This document shows, piece by piece, positions 58,503 to 64,000 of a stretch of DNA of 64,000 bases. The notes under the pieces are model-generated. The model saw only the letters and a list, made by a program, of their open reading frames with translations. It searched no databases and had not been told where the DNA came from. Position numbers and translations under genes: made by a program. How positions within the stretch are numbered: position 1 is the first letter of the stretch; each line of letters opens with the position of its first letter. Where the stretch lies: the NCBI GenBank assembly GCA_964635545.1, contig CAZWOA010000003.1, positions 9,229 to 73,228 of the forward strand, read 5' to 3'. The DNA comes from an uncultured Marinilabiliaceae bacterium (GTDB taxonomy: Bacteria; Bacteroidota; Bacteroidia; Bacteroidales; Marinilabiliaceae).

Positions 58503-61500
58503 TTAAAATGTCACATTAACACCAAACATAACTGTGCGAGCCAGTGGGTATAGACCAAGGTCAATACCTGAAGCCCATGAGCTTGATCCACCGAAACCAA
58601 CTTCAGGATCCATACCATCATAATTGGTAAAGGTATATAGGTTATTAACAGTAGCATATACCGAAGCACCCTTAACAAAATTAGAGTTTTTCAGGAGTTT
58701 ATCAAAACGGTATCCTAAAGTCAAGTTACTGATTCTCACATAGTCAGCATCGTGCATATACATATCCGACACCATATTATAGTTAGCAGTAGATGTAGAG
58801 CTAAGGCGAGCCAACTTGTTTGAAGTACCCTCACCATGCCAACGCTTGAACACATCAGTTGTATAGTTTTCACGTTGATCGATATAAGTGCGATATGACT
58901 GCATTACCTGCATTCCGAACTTACCTGTTAGAGTTGTGCTAAAGTAAACGCCCTTATAATCTGCATTCAACTGAATACCAAGTTCAAAGTCAGGATTTGG
59001 TTTACCAAGCATTACACGGTCTGCATCATCAATAACACCATCGCCATTTTGATCCACAAACCAAACATCACCTGGACGACGTGGAGTATCTGCTTCTTTA
59101 GCTATCACGATAGGATTACCGTTTTTATCAACATAGCTATCAACATCACTCTGATTTTGGAATAGTCCTTTAGTCTGATATCCGTAGAAGAATCCGATTG
59201 GTTTACCAACTTCAACTCTAGATAAATATGACGTACCTTGTGCAAGAAGGTCGGTTTGTCCCATTATACTCTTCTCTGCATTATCAAGTCTGGTAACGGT
59301 ATTTTTATTTTTAGCACCAGAAACGGTAACACCATATCCTACATCACCAATTTTATCATTCCATGATACAGAGAACTCAAAACCTTTATTTTCTACGGCA
59401 CCACCATTAATGTATGGAGCTTTCATTCCGAATGTACCAAGTACAGGAGCTTCAACTAACCAATCTTTGGTTGTTTTCTTATACCAGTCGAATGTAACGC
59501 CCATTCTTGAAGAGAGCATTCTAAGGTCAACACCTATGTTAAGCTGCTCAGAAGTTTCCCACTTTAAGTCGGGGTTTGGCACACGGTAAGGAGCTGTTCC
59601 ATCAACTGCTGCCTCTTTATTGCTACCAAAGAAATATGCGTTCTCAAGAGAAGCAATAGTTGACAAATAAAGGAATGAAGGAACGTTGTTGTTACCATTC
59701 TGACCCCAGCTGGCACGTAATTTACCATAATCTATTAGGCTTTGGCTCTGCATAAATTCCTCTTCAGAGAAGTTCCAACCGGCAGAAACCGATGGGAAGT
59801 AACCCCACTGATTACCTTCGGCAAAGTTAGAGGCACCATCGGCACGGAATGTGAAGTCAATCATATATCTCTCTTTAAAGTCATACGACAGACGGCTCAT
59901 ATATGACAATACGCCACCACCTTCAGCAGTCCAGTCTGCACCCGACACAGACAGATCATCAACACTTGATGGAGCTTTCACATTACTAAGATATGCATAT
60001 TTAGGTAGCTCCATTTTTGTATTTTTATGGGAACCGCTAATAGAGTTGTTAACCACATCTTTGTTGGCCTCCATACCCACAAGTGCAGAAATCTTATGAT
60101 CATCAAGACGGAAATCGTAGCTAAGAGTATTAGTAAATACATGGTTGGCCCATAGCGACTGGCTTTGGCTCACAGCATCGGTATTCGTAAATGATTTACG
60201 ACCAAGGATATTTTTGTGAGTATAGCTACGGCTGTGGCTAAACCAAGCAGTAATACCGAAAGATGAACGGTATTTTAGATTCTTGATAGGCTCAAATACT
60301 GCATAAGCACTTCCTGTTATATTATTGCTCTTACCCCAACGGAAGTTATTACGATAATACATTTGCGCTATTGGGTTAACCTGGTTATCTGATAATCCCT
60401 CAAGTTGGAAACCATATCCATTAATATGCTTATAAAGAGCTTCATCCTCATAGTGAAGAGGGATAAGTGGGTTGGTAACAACCGCATTATGAAGGTCGTT
60501 CCAGTAGATATCACCTGTAGCAATTGTTCTCGACTGGCTATTGGTGTATGTAAAGTTCTCACCAACAGTTAAAATCGGACGATCATTTATTTTATAAACT
60601 ACCATTTCTGTATTAAGACGTGCAGTAAGACGCTTATAACCGGCATCGGTTACATGGCCACCTAATACACCTTCTTGGTCAAGATATGAAATACCCATTG
60701 AGTATTTAATATCATTTTCCGATCCTGTAATGTTAACGGAGTGACTTTGTACTGGTGAGTTTTTCTGTGCCATCTCTTTCACCCAGTTGGTTCCTTTCCA
60801 ACCTTTAGAAACTTTATCCCATACGTAGTTACCATACTCATCACCTATATTACCTGGGAATTGCGAGTTAAGGTAGCTGTTACGATTTTTAACCATATCC
60901 TCCCAGTTGTACAATGGTAGCCCGTCATTGGCTTGACGCTCATCCATAATGTACATATACTCCTGAGCATTAAGTGGTGTAAGCTGCTTATATATATTCT
61001 GCACACCATAGTAGGCATCGTAAGAAATCTGTGTTTTAGCACCTTTAACAGCTTGCTTTGTAGTTACAAGAACAACACCATTGGCAGCACGCGAACCATA
61101 GATAGCAGCAGAGGCTGCATCCTTAAGCACGTTAATAGACTCAATATCAGAAGGGTTAAGGTAGTTGATATTACCAACATACACACCATCAACGATATAG
61201 AGTGGCTCGGCTCCACTGATGGTACCGGCACCACGAATTCTAATTTTAGTACCTGCGCCTGGTTCACCACTATTACGAGTAATACTAATACCTGGTGCAA
61301 CCCCTTGCATAGCTTCCATTGCAGTAGTTGTGCGAAGTTGCGCTACATCATCACCTTTTACGGTAAGATTGGCACCGGTTACAAGAGCTTTCTTTTGAAC
61401 ACCATAACCTACCACTACTACCTCGCTAAGGTCTGTAACCTCCTCAGCCAATACAACATTAATAACACCATTGATGGCAGCATGCTCCTGGGTTATCATC

Positions 61501-61724
61501 CCTACAGATGAAAACAGGATTACATCACCCTCAGAAGCTTTCAAAGTATAATCACCATCAAAAGAGGTGATAGTACCCTGTGTTGTACCTTTAATCACAA
61601 CGTTAACTCCGGGTAATGGCAAACCATCATTGGCTCCGATTACTCTTCCTCTAACGGTAACCTCCTGCCCTAGCATTGGCAGGCAGACCATCCACAAGAG
61701 AAACAATCTCAAGATCTGTTTCAT
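58503..61724 (-). CDS. SusC/RagA-family TonB-dependent outer-membrane transporter
   Basis: 1073 aa. It has a CarboxypepD_reg-like N-terminus (VTVRGRVIGANDGLPLPGVNVVIKGTTQGTITSFDGDYTL), a plug domain and a C-terminal beta-barrel ending in F. There is no STN signalling domain. Confidence 0.95.
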   Translation of the reverse strand: MKQILRLFLLWMVCLPMLGQEVTVRGRVIGANDGLPLPGVNVVIKGTTQGTITSFDGDYTLKASEGDVILFSSVGMITQEHAAINGVINVVLAEEVTDLSEVVVVGYGVQKKALVTGANLTVKGDDVAQLRTTTAMEAMQGVAPGISITRNSGEPGAGTKIRIRGAGTISGAEPLYIVDGVYVGNINYLNPSDIESINVLKDAASAAIYGSRAANGVVLVTTKQAVKGAKTQISYDAYYGVQNIYKQLTPLNAQEYMYIMDERQANDGLPLYNWEDMVKNRNSYLNSQFPGNIGDEYGNYVWDKVSKGWKGTNWVKEMAQKNSPVQSHSVNITGSENDIKYSMGISYLDQEGVLGGHVTDAGYKRLTARLNTEMVVYKINDRPILTVGENFTYTNSQSRTIATGDIYWNDLHNAVVTNPLIPLHYEDEALYKHINGYGFQLEGLSDNQVNPIAQMYYRNNFRWGKSNNITGSAYAVFEPIKNLKYRSSFGITAWFSHSRSYTHKNILGRKSFTNTDAVSQSQSLWANHVFTNTLSYDFRLDDHKISALVGMEANKDVVNNSISGSHKNTKMELPKYAYLSNVKAPSSVDDLSVSGADWTAEGGGVLSYMSRLSYDFKERYMIDFTFRADGASNFAEGNQWGYFPSVSAGWNFSEEEFMQSQSLIDYGKLRASWGQNGNNNVPSFLYLSTIASLENAYFFGSNKEAAVDGTAPYRVPNPDLKWETSEQLNIGVDLRMLSSRMGVTFDWYKKTTKDWLVEAPVLGTFGMKAPYINGGAVENKGFEFSVSWNDKIGDVGYGVTVSGAKNKNTVTRLDNAEKSIMGQTDLLAQGTSYLSRVEVGKPIGFFYGYQTKGLFQNQSDVDSYVDKNGNPIVIAKEADTPRRPGDVWFVDQNGDGVIDDADRVMLGKPNPDFELGIQLNADYKGVYFSTTLTGKFGMQVMQSYRTYIDQRENYTTDVFKRWHGEGTSNKLARLSSTSTANYNMVSDMYMHDADYVRISNLTLGYRFDKLLKNSNFVKGASVYATVNNLYTFTNYDGMDPEVGFGGSSSWASGIDLGLYPLARTVMFGVNVTF

Positions 61725-61776
61725 AATTTCAAATTGAGTTAATATTAAAACTGTTCAGATTGTAAAGACAGCTAAC

Positions 61777-61840
61777 GTGGTTAAAGGGTGGTAGTAAAAA
61801 TGGGTTAGGTTAGATTTTTTAATTACCAAACTTTAACCAC
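61777..61840. repeat. 10-bp perfect inverted repeat in the susC upstream/leader region
   Basis: gtggttaaag (61777-61786) and ctttaaccac (61831-61840), separated by 44 nt. Confidence 0.7.
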
Positions 61841-62016
61841 ACTGTTAACTAATCTTAAACAACGTCAAAGGTGAGTTAATTTTTTGAACCATGCAAGCGG
61901 TTGCATCAAATAATTTAAAATTGCAGTAAATTTAAAATTACAAATATCAGCTAAATGCAACAAAATCAACGGATAGCCAACTTTTAAGTGTTAAATAAAT
62001 TAACATTTAATTTTTT

Positions 62017-62024
62017 CAAAAATA
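62017..62024 (-). promoter_or_regulatory. Possible -7 box (TATTTTTG on the minus strand) for susC, implying a leader of roughly 285 nt
   Basis: This is the only perfect TAnnTTTG I found on the minus strand between 61725 and 62040. Confidence 0.25.
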
Positions 62025-62090
62025 AAAGAAGAGTTAAAAAGATTATTTGCGAGAGGTAGTTGTTTGGTGTTTTGAGGAGCGAGATTCGTT

Positions 62091-62206
62091 GATTAGGAGT
62101 TGAGAGTTGAATAGCTTAATGGTTAAATGGTTTAAGGGTTTAATAGTTGAATAGTAAAAGGGTTAAAGGGTTAAATAGTTAAATGGTTTAAGGGTTTAAG
62201 AGTTTA
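62091..62206 (+). repeat. AT-rich degenerate tandem word repeat (GGTTTAAG / GGTTAAAT / AGTTGAATAG words)
   Basis: gattaggagttgagagttgaatagcttaatggttaaatggtttaagggtttaatagttgaatagtaaaagggttaaagggttaaatagttaaatggtttaagggtttaagagttt. Confidence 0.65.
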
Positions 62207-62228
62207 TGCCGCTGGGGCGGCGGAAGCA
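62201..62228 (+). repeat. 28-bp perfect direct repeat, copy 1 (agtttatgccgctggggcggcggaagca)
   Basis: Identical to 62497-62524. It contains the small hairpin gccgc-tggg-gcggc. Confidence 0.95.
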
Positions 62229-62285
62229 ATAATAATTTAACCATTAAGGAAGTTAGATATTTGTAATCAGATGTATAGCAATAAA

Positions 62286-62388
62286 TTTTCCCCGCAGGGG
62301 ATTTATTATAAATAACCGTATGCAAGCGTAGCGCAGCTTACGGATTTGATGGTGTTTTAGGCTAAACCCCGCATGGGGTGGGTTTATG
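62286..62388 (+). repeat. Mosaic hairpin repeat, right copy of the inverted pair flanking the susC/D/E module
   Basis: It carries tccccgcagggga, aaccgtatgcaagcgtagcgcagct and ccccgcatggggtg in the same order as the reverse complement of 55605-55707. Confidence 0.75.
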
Positions 62389-62454
62389 AGGGTGCGGATA
62401 ATAGGCATTGCAAATGTTTCCCCAACAGCCCACTTGTTAAAAACGAAGGGCAGA

Positions 62455-62502
62455 GGGTTTAAGAGTTAAAAAGTTTAAGAGTTTAAATAGTTCAATAGTT
62501 TA
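62455..62502 (+). repeat. Second block of the AT-rich word repeat
   Basis: gggtttaagagttaaaaagtttaagagtttaaatagttcaatagttta. Confidence 0.6.
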
Positions 62503-62524
62503 TGCCGCTGGGGCGGCGGAAGCA
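62497..62524 (+). repeat. 28-bp perfect direct repeat, copy 2
   Basis: Identical to 62201-62228. Confidence 0.95.
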
Positions 62525-62565
62525 GTCATGTTTTAAAGCCACGGGCGCAGCGACATATTGGTAGC

Positions 62566-62597
62566 ATAAAAAAGCTGCTCAAAATTTAAGCAGCTTT
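62566..62597 (-). terminator. Rho-independent terminator after the acidic-protein gene
   Basis: Stem aagctgct/agcagctt (62572-62579 and 62589-62596). On the minus strand it is followed by a T-run. It starts 11 nt below the stop. Confidence 0.7.
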
Positions 62598-62607
62598 CAT
62601 TTAATTT

Positions 62608-62946
62608 TCAATATAAATCATCATCATCGAAGTCTTCATCATCAAAGTCTTCGTCAAAGTCCTCATCGAAGTTATCATCATCGAAGTCTTCGTCGTCAAA
62701 GTCCTCATCATCAAATTGATCTTCATCAAAATCATCATCGTCCTCCACATCATCATAGTAGAACTTTCGATCGTCTTCATCAATTAGATCTCTTCTGTAA
62801 TCGTAATCATCGTCTCCATCATCCTCGTCGTATATTGAGGGCTTACGGTTCCTTTTAAACTTTCCAGCATTTACTGCAGGACGCTTTAATGAATCATCAG
62901 ACGAAAATTGATCATCACTATTTCGTCTGGGCGAATTTGACTTCAT
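62608..62946 (-). CDS. Small hyper-acidic protein with a basic N-terminus and periodic F-(D/E)3-4 repeats; function unknown
   Basis: 112 aa ORF with ATG, a perfect SD and its own terminator. By my count, 48 of the last 74 residues are D/E, and eight Phe are spaced 4-5 residues apart. It ends in DFDDDDLY. Confidence 0.6.
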   Translation of the reverse strand: MKSNSPRRNSDDQFSSDDSLKRPAVNAGKFKRNRKPSIYDEDDGDDDYDYRRDLIDEDDRKFYYDDVEDDDDFDEDQFDDEDFDDEDFDDDNFDEDFDEDFDDEDFDDDDLY

Positions 62947-62953
62947 TTTTATT

Positions 62954-62961
62954 TCCTCCTT
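62954..62961 (-). promoter_or_regulatory. Strong Shine-Dalgarno sequence AAGGAGGA for the acidic-protein gene
   Basis: Plus-strand tcctcctt, 7-nt spacer (AAUAAAA) to the ATG at 62946. Confidence 0.6.
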
Positions 62962-63126
62962 AAAAATATTAAATGTGAGTCGTTTAATTTGTTAAATTAT
63001 TTATGCTTATTGCGATTGCAAAATAACAACAACTACAATTAAAAAAAACAGAAATTCAATATTTTTTATTAAATTGTATCTTTATAATGAATAATCATTT
63101 CAATTTTCACTTTTAACCAATTAATA

Positions 63127-64000
63127 ATGAGAATATTATATTTATCACTAATAATGATTGCATCGCTGTTTTTTTCATGTAGCAGCGATCAACACGAGAG
63201 ACTTACATCGCCCGACGGATTGATTTCTATTACAATAAATTGTAAAAACCACACCCCTTATTACAACATTACATACAGGGGCGACACAGTGATAAAACCA
63301 TCTCACATGGGCTTCAACATTAAGGACATGGAGCCACTGCAAGGTAATTTCGCAATAATAAAGAGTGAACGCAACCACACAAAAACTCAGTGGAAACAGC
63401 CTTGGGGTGAAAATAAAATTGTGACCGACCACCACAACTCAATAAAGATATATTTAAAAGAGAGAGGCGAAAATGCCCGATATATTAATATTGAGATGCG
63501 GGCCTTTAATGATGGCGTAGCATTCCGGTATGAGTTTCCTCACCAGAAAAACCTCACCAATTTCACTATTTCTGATGAGTTAACCACCTTTACCGTTAGT
63601 GGTAATCCCACAACATGGTGGGCACCTGCCGATTACGATAGTTACGAGAAACTATACAATAAAACCCCGCTTGAAGAAGCAAAATGGGTAGCCACACCTG
63701 TTACCATGAAACTTAACGATAATTGCTATATAAGTATTCATGAGGCCGACCTGATAGACTTTGCCGATATGACACTAAAACAGGATGAAACCGGCGCTTT
63801 AAAAGCCGACTTAACCCCCTGGGGCAATGGTGATAAAGTGCGTACAGAGGCACCAAGGCATACTCCATGGCGCACCATTCAGATATCACCTACAGCAGCA
63901 AAATTGGTAGAGAGTACCATGATACTTAATCTTAATGAACCTTCAAAAATAGAAGACACAGAGTGGATTAAGCCTATGAAGTATATAGGAGTATGGTGGG
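63127..64000 (+). CDS. Glycoside hydrolase family 97 (SusB-like alpha-glucosidase type) lipoprotein, N-terminal part; runs off the right edge of the window
   Basis: Not in the ORF track because there is no stop. Hand translation gives MRILYLSLIMIASLFFSCSSDQHERLTSPDGLISITI...TQWKQPWGENKIV...AFNDGVAFRYEFP...WWAPADYDSYE...HTPWRTIQIS. These are typical GH97 N-terminal and catalytic-domain motifs. Confidence 0.85.
   Translation, partial: MRILYLSLIMIASLFFSCSSDQHERLTSPDGLISITINCKNHTPYYNITYRGDTVIKPSHMGFNIKDMEPLQGNFAIIKSERNHTKTQWKQPWGENKIVTDHHNSIKIYLKERGENARYINIEMRAFNDGVAFRYEFPHQKNLTNFTISDELTTFTVSGNPTTWWAPADYDSYEKLYNKTPLEEAKWVATPVTMKLNDNCYISIHEADLIDFADMTLKQDETGALKADLTPWGNGDKVRTEAPRHTPWRTIQISPTAAKLVESTMILNLNEPSKIEDTEWIKPMKYIGVWW

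Noticed and set aside
55478-62530. CRISPR array among the repeated GC hairpins
   Set aside because: The repeats are not regularly spaced, they occur in both orientations, they are separated by kilobases of genes, and they have no unique spacers of uniform length. No cas genes are present.
62601-62783. Alternative-frame 60-aa ORF (M/T/K-rich) inside the acidic-protein gene
   Set aside because: It is a same-strand out-of-frame reading of the GAT/GAA/TTC-rich repeat. It has no SD and no independent terminator. The D/E/F frame is the one with start signals.
1-64000. tRNA, rRNA, tmRNA, RNase P, SRP RNA, transposase or integrase genes
   Set aside because: I inspected all intergenic regions longer than 150 bp. 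I saw no cloverleaf-compatible sequence, no conserved RNase P (GAGGAAAGTCC) or SRP cores, and no recombinase-like ORF. Small unknown sRNAs cannot be excluded by eye.

Overview
This is a 64-kb chromosomal segment with the hallmarks of a Bacteroidota (Bacteroidia-like) genome. It has a SusC/SusD pair, RNase Y, TAnnTTTG-type -7 boxes, almost no Shine-Dalgarno sequences, and roughly 40% GC in coding regions. I call about 57 protein genes, nearly all housekeeping. They include dnaA, rpsF-rpsR-rplI, aroE, truA, the agmatine-to-putrescine pair, kdsA, rarA, msrA, gmd-fcl and the zapA-rny cluster. They also include a cobT-cobS-cobC/cobU cobalamin lower-ligand operon, an NfnAB-like pair with a DHOD-like flavoprotein, an envelope cluster (LptD-like, SPOR-amidase, MlaD-like), and a susC/susD/susE-like locus next to a GH97 gene. 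The first gene (patatin-like, minus strand) and the last (GH97, plus strand) run off the window and are absent from the ORF track. I translated both by hand. I found no rRNA, tRNA, CRISPR array, transposase or integrase. No clear multi-gene novel system is visible. The best candidates for follow-up are listed below.

- A low-GC ABC/AAA-type ATPase gene of the kind used by two-gene anti-phage systems sits alone inside the cob operon, and its 3' tail looks foreign.
- A ParE/RelE-type toxin-antitoxin cassette is bracketed by two about 127-bp direct repeats that are about 95% identical, and the toxin stop codon lies inside one repeat.
- A small, extremely acidic protein with periodic F-(D/E) repeats has a perfect Shine-Dalgarno site, which is unusual in this phylum.
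- A family of mosaic hairpin-rich intergenic repeats includes an inverted pair flanking the susC/D/E module and a perfect 22-bp-stem hairpin.

All coordinates and motif calls were read by eye from the sequence. No database search was possible.
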